This document shows positions 1 through 12,437 of a DNA stretch of 64,000 nucleotides, one piece after another. Every line of letters begins with the position of its first letter. Position 1 is the stretch's first letter. Made by a program: the position numbers and the translations under genes. Source of the DNA: Squalus acanthias (taxonomy: Eukaryota); contig CM059432.1 of the NCBI GenBank assembly GCA_030390025.1, positions 138,882,001 through 138,946,000 of the forward strand. Direction: 5' to 3'. Below the pieces are notes generated by a model. That model made no database searches and was not told the origin of the DNA. It saw nothing but the letters and a program-made list of their open reading frames with translations.

Positions 1-1218
1 CATTGGCTGCCAGTCCGGCAATGCCTCGATTTTAAAATTCTCATCCTTCTTTTCAAAACCCTCCATGGCCCTCCCTCCCTATCTCTGTAATCTCTTCCAG
101 TCCTGTAACCCTCCGAGATCTCTGCGCGCCTCCAATTCTGGTCTCTTGTGGATCCCTGATTTTCATCGCTCCACCATGGCCGCCATGCCATCAGCTGCCT
201 GGGCCATAAGCTCTGGAATTCCCTCCCTCCCTAAACCTCTCTGCCCTCTTTTAGAAGCATAGAAGATAGGAGCAGGAGTAGGCCATTCGGCCCCTCGAGC
301 CTGCTCCGCCATTTAATGAGATCATGGCTGATCATCCAAGTTCAGTACCCTGTCCCTGCTTTCTCCCCATATCCCTTGATCCCTTTAGCCTTAAGAAATA
401 TATCTAACTCCTTCTTGAATATATTTAATGAATTGGCCTCAACTGCCTTCTGTGGTAGAGAATTCCACAGGTTCACCACTCTCTGGGTGAAGAAATTCCT
501 CCTCATCTCAGTCCTAAATGGCTTACCCCTTATCCTTAGACTGTGACCTCTGGTTCTGGACTCCCCCGCCATCGGAAACATCCTTCCTGCATCTAGTCTG
601 TCTAGTCCTGTTAGAATTTTATAAGTTTCAATGAGATCCCCTCTCATTCTTCGAAACTCTAGTGAATATAAGCCTAATCGACCCAATCTCTCTTCATACG
701 TCATTCCTGCCATCCCAGGTATCAGTCTGGTGAATCTTCGCTGCACTCCCTCCATGGCAAGAACATCCTTCCTCAGATAAGGCGACCAAAACTGCACACA
801 ATACTCAAGGTGTGGTCTCACCAAGGCCTTGTAGAACTGCAGCAAGACATCCTTGCTCCTGTACTCGAATCCTCTCGCTATGAAGGCCAACATACCATTT
901 GCCTTCTTAACCGCCTGCTGCACCTGCATGCTTACCTTCAGCAACTGGTGCACAAGGACTCCCAGATCTCATTGCACTTCCCCTTTTCCCAATCTATTGC
1001 CATTCAGATAATAATCTGTCTTCCTGTTTTTGCCACCAAAGTGGATAACGCTCCAAAGTAAGATGCTCCTTAAAACCTACCTCTTTGACTAAGCTTTTGG
1101 TCACCTGTCCTAATATCTCCTTATGTGGCTCGGTGTCAATTTTGTCTTCCAAAGCTCCTGTGAAGTGCCTTGGGACATTTTACTATGTTAAAGGCACTGT
1201 ATAAATGCAAGTTGTTGA
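1..1218 (+). mobile_element. L2-clade LINE 3' end, interrupted by a CR1 insertion (252-1049)
   Basis: 1-250 and 1059-1218 are colinear with the other L2 copies (HWLPV... region; tail GGCACTGTATAAATGCAAGTTGTTG). Confidence 0.85.
252..1049 (-). mobile_element. 5'-truncated CR1 LINE (ORF2 C-terminus, 3' UTR and tail)
   Basis: ORF 342-953 (RPHLEYCVQFWSP...FFTQRVVNLWNSLP) is typical CR1 ORF2. There is a premature TGA at 969-971 and a TTCTATG-type tail. Nearly identical to 4538-5796. Confidence 0.95.
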
Positions 1219-1992
1219 TGTGGTTTCTTGTCCAGTTCATTCATTTAGTTTCTCCTGTAAACCCTGCAGAAATGTCCACACTTTCTATATCAAAAATACC
1301 CAGAGTTGTTATTACCTAGCTCTGTTTTAACATATTTTGACAGCCATTTTTCCAGTAGCCAACTGCAGATTATAACCCAATAAACGTGCCGTCATTATGT
1401 CACAATTGTTAATCGTGCAATTATAGACAGTATCATGCATCATGGAGTGACTGGCCCATCAATGTCGAATACAAAACCCGTCACAGACAAAAGAGTGAAA
1501 ACAAATTCTCCATCAGCTCCCCAGTATAAATGATCAAAAATAACAAGTACATGGAAGCGGTTATCAGGAAAAGTCTCATTTCAGGCTTCAGATGACTATT
1601 ACAAACCATTCAGTTATAGTTTATGGCATCATTTGAACACTATGATTAACATTACTGCCTTATAATAATTCCTGGGTGTCTATTATTTGCTATTTATATC
1701 AATTTACTGATTAAAAGAAATATCAAGAGAAAATATATTTTTTGGATTGGTTGGTTATTGAGCCCTGTATGGAGTGATTCCACTAACACAAACAATAAAG
1801 AGTGGACAACTGCAAGGGGATCTCCTTAGCTGCAACAGCCCAGCATCGCTGCTCCTCTGTTTGCCGAATCAACTGATAGTCAAGGCTCCACAGAGTTTAG
1901 CAAATAATTCTGTTAAATTAAACTAAGTATAATGAGTAATTTAGGGTTACTTGTTCCTCTTTAAATGGAAAGCTAATACACGCTTTAAAAAT

Positions 1993-2453
1993 AGATTTGC
2001 ATTTATATCGCACCTTTCACGACCTCAGGACGTCCCAAAGCACTTTACAGCCAATTAAGTATTTTGAACTGTAGTCACTGTTGTAATGTAGGAAACACAG
2101 CACCCAAATTGTGCTCAGCAAGCTCCCATATGCAGCAATGTGGTAATGACCAGATAATCTGTTTTAGTTATGTTGATTGAGGGATGAATATTGGCCAGGA
2201 CACTGGGGAGAACTCCCCAGCTCTCCCTCGAAATAGTGCCATGGAATCTTTTACGTCCAGCTGAGAGAGCAGACAGGGCCTCGGTTTAACATCTCATCTG
2301 AAAGACGGCACCTCCAACAGTGCAGCACTCCCTCAGTACTGCACTGGAGTGTCAGCCTAGATTTTTTGTGCTCAAGTCTCTGGAGTGGGACTCTGAACCC
2401 ACAACTTTCTGACTCAGAGGCGAGAGTGCTACCCACTGAGCCACAGTTGACAC
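1993..2453 (-). mobile_element. tRNA-derived DeuSINE (SacSINE1-like), full length
   Basis: A box TGGCTCAGTGG and a B-box-like GGTTCAGAGTCC; central GTCTTTCAGATGAGATGTTAAACCGAGG Deu-domain-like core; L2-type tail. Confidence 0.85.
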
Positions 2454-3761
2454 TTCGGATTTAATGGATCTGAATATTAATTATTTCAACAATCAATAAA
2501 ATATTTGATTACCAAACTAAGAATCTTGGCACAAAACTCAAGATTGCAGAGCACTAAACTGGAATCGGAGTTCAATGTCACTAACTATGAGCAAATTAGT
2601 TTTAAGTAGACTATCACAGCCTACGGTTTTTTTTTTACACAGCGAGCTACTTTATGGGAGCCTCGGTCATTTTCTGACCAAGATTCTTTATAAGAACTGG
2701 TCTAAATTGATCTGTTGTTATCACAGCCCCCTTGGCTATGCCATCTCACGTACTTCTTGTGGTCAAAGGCCAGTTGGGCAATCTGCTCTGTCACCTCCTC
2801 CACTCAAGAGCATCTGAGCGCAAACCAGTCTCGAAATGATCCCCAAATGTTTTCTCTGACCTGTGCGGAGGGTATCTCTGTACAGCAAAGTGGGAATTCA
2901 GTGGCATGGGGCAAAATGATCCAGCTCGCCTGCACTCTTAAGAAAGAGATATTTTAAATCTTGTCCTACTGAAGAAACAAGAACTCACTTTGGTTAGTAT
3001 AACAAGTGTGCAACTACTGATATTCAGAGTTAAAATTGCTTACTTTAATTGAGGAGTGAAAGAAAAGGACTGCATTCTTACAGAGTACCACTTCAGAGAC
3101 ATTTCTTTTATGTTAATATAATGCAAACTACAGGCATTTTTCCCTGAACATTTTCTACTTTTGAATTTAAATGCACAATGACATGGAAACAAATCCTTTA
3201 TTTTCTATTAGGAAACAGACACTGTCCCCTATCTCTCATTATGGTGCAGACTACAAAATCTAACAACAAAAATCTATAATATTGATTGAACCAAGTCTCC
3301 ACAATTATTCTTTAGAAGGAAACACTGACGATAAATTACATCTGCACTGGCTTCTCATCTGGTGTTCGATATAAGTGATCTCTGAGGGCAGTCTAGAGAC
3401 CTTAAATCGTCAACACCCCTGTCAGTGAAGCTAAGGAGGTTTGGGCCTCCCAGACACAAACCTAAAGAAGCTCCCAACAACAGTTCTTTCGATATAAACA
3501 CATACAAACTTGTTCAACGTTCAACATTCAGTTCTTAATGAAATTCAAACTCTTGCTACTCACGCATTCCACGTCAGATACTCCACCAATGTTTTGCACG
3601 TTAACGACACACCATGATTCAGTGTACCGCTCATGCTTTACGTAGTTAAGACAAGCCATGAATGGATGTTTTGGGGAAAGAATTTAAACAGGAAACACAC
3701 TTGAAGTACCCAAAATTGTTTATTGTATGTCATTTAACAAGAACAGGAGTGTTAGATTACG

Positions 3762-4267
3762 ATCATCTTTCGATTAGGCACTTTACAGCCCTCTGGACTC
3801 AACATAGAGTTCAACAATTTCAGATCATAACCTTGGCCCCTATCATATATATATTTTTCATCCACACTTTTTGTCTGTGTCTTTTTTTTCTTCTCTCCCA
3901 CATGGCAGCTGTCTTTCGTTCTGCCAGTGCAATTCACACTTCATCTCGAGCCATCCTTTGTTTCTTAACCTGTCCCATTACCATCTCCTTTTGCCTTGAA
4001 TATCTCTTAATGTCTCTTAACCTCTCCTGCCTTCTATCCTATCACAGACCTTCCCTTTTGTTCTTTCATCCCCTCCCCCCTTTCCCAGCCCCTGCACTTG
4101 CTTAAAAATCTGTTCCATTTCCTGCTTTTTTCCAGTTCTGACGAAAGGTCATCGACCTGAAACGTTAACTCTGTTTCTCTCTTCACAGATGCTGCCTGAC
4201 CTGCTGAGTATCTCCAGCATTTTCTGTTTTTATTTCAGATTCCCAGCATCTGCAGTATTTTCTTTTT
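3762..4267 (+). mobile_element. Penelope-like element 3' end with 13-bp TSD
   Basis: Encodes IIFRLGTLQPSGLNIEFNNFRS* (GIY-YIG ORF C-terminus) and carries a hammerhead motif at 4134-4170. Flanked by the exact direct repeat GTGTTAGATTACG at 3749-3761 and 4268-4280. Confidence 0.88.
4134..4170 (+). ncRNA. Minimal type I hammerhead ribozyme motif (Penelope-associated)
   Basis: AGUU-CUGACGA-A-AGGUC(AUC)GACCU-GAAA-CGUU-AACU: conserved core, 5-bp stem II, 4-bp stem I and palindromic ACGU in place of helix III. Confidence 0.75.
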
Positions 4268-4363
4268 GTGTTAGATTACGTAATGTGCAATATATTATTT
4301 TACTGATAAGGTGGGGCTGTGTGCCTTTAAGCCCACATGGTCTAACTGTGTTAAGTTAACACT

Positions 4364-5867
4364 TAGGGTTCCCAACCCTCCAGAATTGTCATGTAGTCTC
4401 CAGGAATTAAAGATTAATCTCCAGGACAGTGATGCAAGCAACCCAGGAGATCAATCATAGTGGCATTAAAAGTTTTTTTTTCATTTTCTTTGAACACTAT
4501 CTTTTATTAGTTACAAAAAGATGTTTGACTGGGCATTTTGGAATTTTTTGAGGATGTAACTGGTAGAATAGATAAGGGAGAACCAGTGGATGTGGTGTAT
4601 TTGGACTTTCAGAAGGCTTTCGATAAGGTCCCGCATAAAAGAGATTAGCGTGCAAAGTTAAAGCACACGGGATTGGGGGTAAGGTACTGACTTGGACAGA
4701 GAACTGGTTGGCAGACAGGAAGCAAAGAGTTGGAATAAATGGGTCTTTTTCCAAGTGGCAGGCAGTGACTCGTGGGGTACCGCAGGGATCGGTGCTAGGA
4801 CCTCAGCTATTCACAATATATATTAATGATCTAGACAAGGGAACTAGATGTAATATCTCCAAGTTTGCAGACGACACAAAGCTGGGTGGGCGTGTGTGCT
4901 GTGATGAGGATGCAGAGAAACTCCAGTATGATTTGGATAGGTTGGGTGATTGGGCAGATGCATGGCAGATGCAGTATAATGTGGATAAATGCGAGGTTAT
5001 CCACTTTGGTGGCAAAAACAGGAAGACAGATTATTATCTGAACGGCAATAGATTGGGAAAAGGGGAAGTGCAACGAGACCTGGGTGTCCTTGTGCACCAG
5101 TCGCTGAAGGTGAGCATGCAGGTGCAGCAGGCGGTTAAGAAGGCAAATGGTATGTTGGCCTTCATAGCGAGAGGATTCGAGTACAGGAGCAAGGATGTCT
5201 TGCTGCAGTTGTACAGGGCCTTGGTGAGACCACACCTTGAGTATTGTGTGCAGTTTTGGTCACCTTATCTGAGGAAGGATGTTCTTGCCATGGAGGGAGT
5301 GCAGCGAAGATTCACCAGACTGATACCTGGGATGGCAGGAATGACATATGAAGAGAGATTGGGTCGATTAGGATTATATTCGCTAGAGTTTAGAAGAATG
5401 AGAGGGGATCTCATTGAAACTTATAAAATTCTAACAGGACTAGACAGACTAGATGCAGGAAGGATGTTCCCGATGGCGGGGGAGTCCAGAACCAGGGGTC
5501 ACAGTCTAAGGATAAGGGGTAAGCCATTTAGGACTGAGATGAGGAGGAATTTCTTCACCCAGAGAGTGGTGAACCTGTGGAATTCTCTACCACAGAAGGC
5601 AGTTGAGGCCAATTCATTAAATATATTCAAGAAGGAGTTGGATATATTTCTTAAGGCTAAAGGGATCAAGGGATATGGGGAGAAAGCAGGGACAGGGTAC
5701 TGAATTTGGATGATCAGCCATGATCTCATTAAGTGGCGGAACAGGCTCGAGGGGCCGAATGGCCTACTCCTGCTCCTATCTTCTATGTTTCTATGTAAGG
5801 CAGTTGGAGGTGGGAGGTCATGTGATGAAGCCTCCAGGAATACATCCAACCAGAGTTGGCAACCGTA
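4364..5867. mobile_element. Non-autonomous hAT-type element (TAGGGTT-type TIR) hosting a CR1 insertion
   Basis: Ends TAGGGTTCCCAAC (4364) and GTTGGCAACCGTA (to 5867) are imperfect inverted repeats. No clean 8-bp TSD is visible. Confidence 0.6.
4538..5796 (+). mobile_element. 5'-truncated young CR1 LINE (RT domain to tail)
   Basis: Reads LEFFEDVT...YLDFQKAFDKVPH, then a frameshift near 4640, then ORF 4708-5703 with GVPQGSVLGP and SKFADDTKL motifs. Tail is TTCTATGTTTCTATGT. Confidence 0.96.
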
Positions 5868-6004
5868 TTCCAGGACAATCAGAGTTCAATTGGCGTTGTT
5901 ATTTGCAGATTGGATGGTGGTTGTGAATTTCAGGCTCCAGGTAATTAACAAACTGGCTTTCTTCGCCCCCCCCAGATTGCCTTGCTTTTGCAACGAACGT
6001 GATG

Positions 6005-6900
6005 TCTGGTGTGTACCTCGATTTTAAAACTCTCATCATTATTTTCAAATCCTTCCCTGGCCTCGCCCCTTCCCATCTCTGTAACCTCCTCCAGCCCTAC
6101 AACGCTCCGAGATCTCTGCGCTCCTCCAATTCTGGCCTTTTGTGTATCCCTGATTTCCATCACCCAACCACTGGCGGCCGTGCCTTCAGCTGCTTCAGCT
6201 CTAAGTCCTGGAATTTCCTCTCTAAGCCTCTCCACCCCTCTCTCCTCCTTTAAGACCTTCCTTAAAACCTACCTCTTTGACCAAGCTTTGGTCACCTGCC
6301 CTAATATCTCTATGTGGCTCGGTGTTGAATTTGCCTGATAACACTCCTGTGAAGCACCTTGGACATTTTTACCAAGTTAAAGGCGCTATATAAATGCAAG
6401 TTTGTGTGTCAGCCATGGCGCAGTGGGTAGCACTCACACCTCTGAGTCCGAAGGTTATGGGTTCAAGTCCCACTCCAGAGACTTGAGCACAAAAATCTAG
6501 GCTGACACGCTAGTGCAGTGCTGAGGGAGTGCTGCACTGTCGGAGGTGCCGTCTTTCAGATGAGATGTTAAACCGAGGCCCCGTCTGCTCTCTCAGCTGG
6601 ACCTAAAAGATCCCATGGCACTATTTCGAGGAAGAGCAGGGGAGTTCTCCCCGGTGTCCTGGCCAATACTTATCCCTCAATCAACATAACAAAAACAGAT
6701 TATCCGGTCATTATCACATTGCTGTTTGTGGGACCTAGCTGTGAGCAAATTAGCTGTCGCATTTCCTACATTACAACAGTGACGACACTTCAAAAGTACT
6801 TTATTGGCTGTAAAGTGCTTTGGGACATCCTGATGCCATGAAAGGCGCTATATAAATGCAAATCTTTCTTTCTTTCTTTCAAGTTGTTGTTGTTGTTGTG
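6005..6900 (+). mobile_element. L2 3' end whose (GTT)n tail is interrupted by a full DeuSINE (6406-6880)
   Basis: L2 3' end to 6401, then a SINE with A/B boxes, Deu core and (TTTC)n tail. The L2 tail AAGTTGTTGTTG resumes at 6881; CAAGTT occurs on both sides of the SINE. Confidence 0.85.
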
Positions 6901-8414
6901 TGATGGGTGCATACTAGATATATATCTCAGTCTCATTTGTGCAGATTATCCTTAGCTTGCATATACTGTACCAGGATTTAGATTCTGAGATTTTAATGAC
7001 CTACCATTTAGTGACATTCATTTCTCTATTTTAAGCACAATCACTTAACTGATGTATCCCATACTCGCAAAACAATTCTGTATACACGTCACATTTTTAA
7101 AGAAGGGTAGAGAATGTTCTCTTTTACATTGCCAACAAATCTAATCATTCTTTCTTTGCAAGTCAAGTCATGCACTGAAATCAAGCATGCTTCTTCTCAA
7201 TCTATTGTAATGCAAAGTAAAATAGCTGATCGTTCCATAAATTGGGTTGCCACGAATTGCAAAATTTGTACTGATTTATTTTTTATATGTTAAAGACAGT
7301 CGGATTCTTCTAAACAAGGGTTTAAAGCAAGTGCCTGTGTTTACTTTAAAGGTTGCTGACCTTTGCCCTTGGAAAACCATAGTTACTCTGAAGTAAATGC
7401 CAGGCCCCATGTTTTGCAGGTGTTAACAGGATGGGACTCTAAATTGGTTCCAGCCATTCAATTCAGATTCACTGCTTTTTCTTGTTATGATTGTGTAATG
7501 TCAGATTCATACGTGGCTGCGTGCTAAGCATGCAAACGGCAATACATAAAAGTGGCCACGGTCTATCGTATTAATTGATAATCTATTGTATTTTTGTTTG
7601 GCAATATCTTTTAAATTCAGCTGCTTTCCTTCTTCAAAGAAATTAAGCAGATTAAGTAGGGTCTATCTGCAGATTCTTGAGCTCTTGCTAAAGACCTTTC
7701 AGGCAAAAAAAAACCTCCAATTGTTTGGCTCAAGTATTTCACGTGAAACACCCTACCTTGAGGGAAATGGCTTAAGATAACATGTTACCAAAAGACACCA
7801 GAACACTGGACTGTGCCTGAAGCACTCACTGTGAGAGCTCACAGGACTTCATTTTATTTTGAGACTGGCGAGAGCTATGATTAACTGTATGTTATAAATC
7901 ACAGTTATCTCGTAGTCCAATATTAGCCTAATTCACTGTATTTTATAACTGTACTCGATTCTGTGAGTAAATTTGATTAGCTGGTTTACCTGTCAAATCC
8001 TGTGATGCCCTGTTTGAATCTCTCCAATCAGATTTTCATGCTGCTACAGCACTGAAATTGCCCGAACCAAAGTCACAAGTGACATCTTCTGTGACTGTGG
8101 TGCATTATCCTTCCTTGAACGCTGTGCAGACTTTTATACGGTCACACCATCCTCTTCCAACAGCTCTAATCCGTTGTCTGGCTCAGTGGGACTACCCGCG
8201 CTTGGTTCCAATCTTACCCTAGCTGGAGCATCTCTAGCAATGGCATCTCTTCCCTTTTCCACACTGTTACCTCCCAAGCATTCACCTGTGGCTCCCCCCT
8301 CTTCCTCATCTACATACCACGTAATCTAGGCTGATATGCCAGTGCACTACTGAGTGAGTGCTGCACTGCCAGAGGTGCCAACTTTCGGATGAGATGTTAA
8401 ACCAATTTACCTTA

Positions 8415-8620
8415 TCAAAAGTCCTCATCATTTTGAGATTCTATTAAATCTCCCCTTAATCTTCTCTGCTCTAAGGATATCAATCCCAGCTTCTCTAGTC
8501 TCTCCACATAACTGAAGTCCCTCATCCCTGGTACCATTCTAGTAAATCTCCTCTGTACCCGCTCTAAGACCTTGACATTCTTTCTAAAGTGCGGTGCTCA
8601 GAATTGGACACAATTATTCA
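8415..8620 (-). mobile_element. CR1 ORF2 fragment
   Basis: Reverse-complement similarity to the CR1 copy at 13895-14470. Confidence 0.75.
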
Positions 8621-8896
8621 ATTAACCTTGAATATTCTCTATTCCGTGTTACAGTGCGTATACAAGGACACGATTGCTATTCAATCACGCCTTCAAAGAA
8701 TATAGCAAATTACTGCTTTGATTAAAAAGCTGACCATATTTGTGTATTTAAGAATGGCGGAGTATCAGCTCAGGCTGGGATCTTTGCCATGTAATACACA
8801 CCTCGCCAAATGGGGGGTATCCTCAAGTGAGGTTGAAAGGATGGTTGCGAACCAGTCAGAACTTGGAAATATTCGTGGGCATGATTGTGATTTAAT

Positions 8897-9671
8897 GGCC
8901 CAGATTTTGCTGTCAAAATAACCGTGAGGCTAATGGCGCTCTCCGTTATTTATGCGCAAATGCTGCAGCAACTTCAGGTGAGGGGCAGACGCATGGTTAA
9001 ACTCAAAAATCCAAAAGTTGGTGTCCGAGTTGCATCGCTCCGCCGTTAGCTTTGCAAAAACAGCATCTCGGTATCTGCCTCATCATTGAACTACATTGAA
9101 TGGCGTGAAGTTGCTGTATTTATGCAGTAGATACAAACTAAACTTGCCACAGAAAGTCTTGTCATTTCAAGTCTAAGTATCCCTTTAACGACATGATAAA
9201 TGTTAATTACTGCCAATCAACCTCTCTGGCACTGAATATTAAGTGTGCAGTCTTATTCATTCAGGTTTTAATTGTTGTTGGAGATAATGAAAATGTCAAA
9301 TTTAAAATTAATTTTTCTTTTTACTTTTCCTTTCTGTCTCTTCTTTCTCTCTCTTAATCCAAACTTTTTTTCCCTCTCTTTATTTCTCTTTCTGTACCTG
9401 ATTTGACATTGAATTCCCCCCTCTAATTCACCTTCCTTCTCAGTCTTTGTGCTGTTAGTTTCACAATCCTTCAATCGGATTGAGTAAGGAGATACACAAT
9501 CGCTTGCCCTGTTCACGCAGGTCCCAGATGCCCGGTTTCCCTCGCTGCGACGTTTTCTATTCCCACTTTCAGCAACTTGCCACTCAAAAAATGTAAAAAC
9601 CTAAACATGCAAGGGCAAATCTAACTAACAGCAGACGCCACTGGATGCCCTGTCACAGCAAATTATGGTCC
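8897..9671. mobile_element. Harbinger/PIF-type non-autonomous DNA transposon
   Basis: TIRs GGCCCAGATTTTGCTG and CAGCAAATTATGGTCC; 3-bp flanking duplication AAT on both sides. Confidence 0.75.
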
Positions 9672-10437
9672 AATAATACGGTACTCTAGGGAAAATGAAT
9701 GATCAAACACACCTGTATAAATTTAGTGCCAAAGTTAATCTACTGGGGTGGGATTTGGGGTGATTATAAGAATTAGCCATAACAGCTGTACATCAGTATT
9801 AAACAGCCTAATGAATGAGTTGAACCATTTCAGCACCAATTCAAAAAAAAATCAAGTTGGAACCTTTAATAGATATATTATTGTATGTATGAAGAAGGGA
9901 GACTATTATTTTTGAGCCTCCAGCCTCTTTTAGGTTACTCTGAAACTTCTGGAGGTGCTGTAAGTTCAGAGAACACTAATTGCACAGTTATACTAAGGCT
10001 AAGCATTGCAATCTGGGCATCAATATATTAAATGGGCACTGGTGAATTAGTGGAGCTGTTCCGTTATAATGAATGCTATCAACTCGGCATCTCAGGTGTA
10101 CCATTATGTCTTTTTTTGCTTATATGCACACGCATATACACATCTTATACAGGACTATAAGAAAATCTGTTTTTTTCATGGCTGTTCTGCAATAATGTCT
10201 GGTTCTGGTGCAAATTTATCTCTGCGATTCAGTATAATCTAAAAGTTTAACCACACAAAATTAAATTCAAAAATATCACTATTTTGAAACTAACTATTTT
10301 CAAAGATAATGGGGATAGGAAACGAATACATGTGACAATTTGTCTATGTTAAAGAGCAAGCACAATTTGCCAACAAATACCGAGCAAAAATGAAACAGAT
10401 CCAGCCAGGAACAGAGATGATGAGAATATACTAAGGA

Positions 10438-10634
10438 GGGTTAATTTTAACCCAACTCTCCAGGTGAGAATCCCACGGGATTTGGGGGGGGGGGGGGGGG
10501 GGGGCGCGGAACTCTGGGTTCACACCCCGCCCGATATTGACTTCAACGGAGCGTAAAATCGGGCAGGGTGCAAAACTAGCGCTACACCCGATCGCGTCAG
10601 TTTCCCGATGGGCGGGTTAGGTTAAAATTGTCCC
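10438..10634. mobile_element. Short MITE (Harbinger-like TIR) containing a poly-G run
   Basis: TIRs GGGTTAATTTTAACCCAAC and GTTAGGTTAAAATTGTCCC; partial internal self-complementarity. Confidence 0.65.
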
Positions 10635-11152
10635 AAATTTCTGAATGTGAGTGGAACGTCTGCCAAATAATTTTGAACTGGTATTCCGTTTAAATTCGTG
10701 GTTATGTTTGCTGTACTTTCGTTCTCTGTTCCATCGGGTGTGCCTCTGTAAAAAATCTGTGTCTCAATGAGGGAGGGGGTGGGAAATATCAGAGAGTATC
10801 GGAGCGAGGATCACAGTCCATCTATACTACATTTAACACTCATTATGCTGTTATAAGTGATGGTTTAAAAAAAAATTAAGCATATTGTGGCTAACTTTCT
10901 GTGAACCCGCTTACTTTCGGCAGAGTAACCTGTAATATATGGAGAGCCAAAGCAGATTTAATTAAGCGCTGACAATTATGGCCCATTTACATTACAGTGC
11001 TGCCCCTGGTGGCAGCCCCAAATATTACAGTGATGCCGGACAGCACGCAAGACATTTCTGCTGTTTCCACAGCCTCCAACGTGTTTCTAAAGCTGTGGTT
11101 TTCTTAAGGCTTCTGTAAGAAGCCCCACTCTTGGTAGCAATCTTGAGCACTA

Positions 11153-11565
11153 CAGGAAACTTTCGTTTATCCGGCACCCAAATATCCGGAATTCTCGCTT
11201 AACCGGCAAAAATCATCCTCCGAAAACTCCTCTCAAATAACCGGCAATGTTGCCGAGTCGCAGTCGAGTCTCCGCGAACGCCGAGTGCTCCGAAAAATCC
11301 TCTCAAATAACCGGCAATGTTGCCGATCCCGAGTCCGAGTCCGAGAACGCCGATTTAGTCAGTAGGGGTACTTTTCAAAAGTGCCACTACTCGGCCTCCT
11401 GGCGCAAGTCCGAAACATTGCAGTAGCAGGAGTAGATTCTCCTGTGCTGCTTGGAGTCTCTTTGTTAAAAATAGACTCGGTAGATATAACTCTCTGTTAT
11501 CCGGTACTTTCGATAAACCGGCACCACGCCGGTCCCGTCGATGCCGGATAAACGAAAGTTTCCTG
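11153..11565. mobile_element. Tc1/mariner-pogo (Tigger-like) MITE
   Basis: Perfect 24-bp TIR CAGGAAACTTTCGTTTATCCGGCA with TA on both sides; internal ~40-bp direct repeat near 11218 and 11288. Confidence 0.92.
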
Positions 11566-11924
11566 TACTACACTGGAGGTAGTGACTCTTTTTTCTCACC
11601 ACTGACTGGCTCAGCTTGCCTATACAGAGTAGCAATCTTTTTTTTTTGCCTGCCTGCTTGTTAAGTATTTTCCTCAGCCACTGACAGGGACAGAAACAAT
11701 GTTGTGAATTGCAAACTAAAAACACGTCAAGATTGAACAAGCAGAGCTGTTTTTATGATGATCCCAGTGCTGTAGAATCTGCCTGTGATGTAAACGAGGC
11801 AGATTCTACAATGCCACAGCAATTCTGCAAAAAGGTCATAGCTAACAGTGTTCTAGGAATTAGCTAACAAAGATTCTCTCATGTTCTCAGCACTTCGCTG
11901 CGCTGCTGAGAAGTTTCCCTCTGT

Positions 11925-12437
11925 AAACTTGCGCTCATCCAAAACTCGGCTGCCCATGTCCTAACTCGCACCAAGTTCTGTTCACCCATCACCCCCTGTG
12001 CTCGCTGACCTACATTGGCTCCCGGTCTGGCAACACCTCCATTTTAAAATTCTCATCCTTGTGTTCAAATATCTCCATGGCCTCACCCCTCTCCCTATCT
12101 CTGAAACCTCCTCCGGCCCTGCAACCGTCCGAGATCTCTGCGCTCCTCCAATTCTGGCCTCTCGCGCATACCTGATTTTCATCGCTCCACCATTGGAGGC
12201 CGTGCCTTTAGCTGCCTAGGCCCTAAGCTCTGGAATTCCTTTCCTAAACCTGTCCGCCTTTCTCTGCTCCTTTAAGATGCTCCTTAAAACCTACCTGTTT
12301 GACCAAGCTTTTTGGTCACCTGTCCGAATATTTCCTTATGTGGCTCGGTGTCAGATTTTGTCTGATAATGCTCCTGTGATGCAGCTTGGGACCTTTTTAC
12401 CACATTGAAGGTGCAATATTAATGCAAGTTGTTGTTG
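11925..12437 (+). mobile_element. L2 LINE 3' end
   Basis: QNSAAHVLTRTK...LADLHWLPV peptide and L2 tail. Confidence 0.88.

Noticed and set aside
4708..5703. Functional reverse transcriptase gene
   Set aside because: It is a 5'-truncated CR1 ORF2 with no endonuclease domain, an upstream frameshift and no true start codon.
316..5849. Repeated ORFs antisense to CR1 (316-546, 810-1061, 4831-5235, 5499-5849)
   Set aside because: These are shadow frames of the CR1 sequence and recur only because the repeat recurs.
6406..6480. tRNA genes at SINE heads (also near 2390-2453, 17070-17137, 36101 and 45308)
   Set aside because: The A/B boxes run directly into SINE bodies, so these are tRNA-derived heads rather than tRNA genes.
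10996..11016. CTCF-like site (minus strand GCCACCAGGGGCAGC)
   Set aside because: It deviates from the core consensus at the GGC positions, and a single motif match cannot be supported without ChIP or conservation data.
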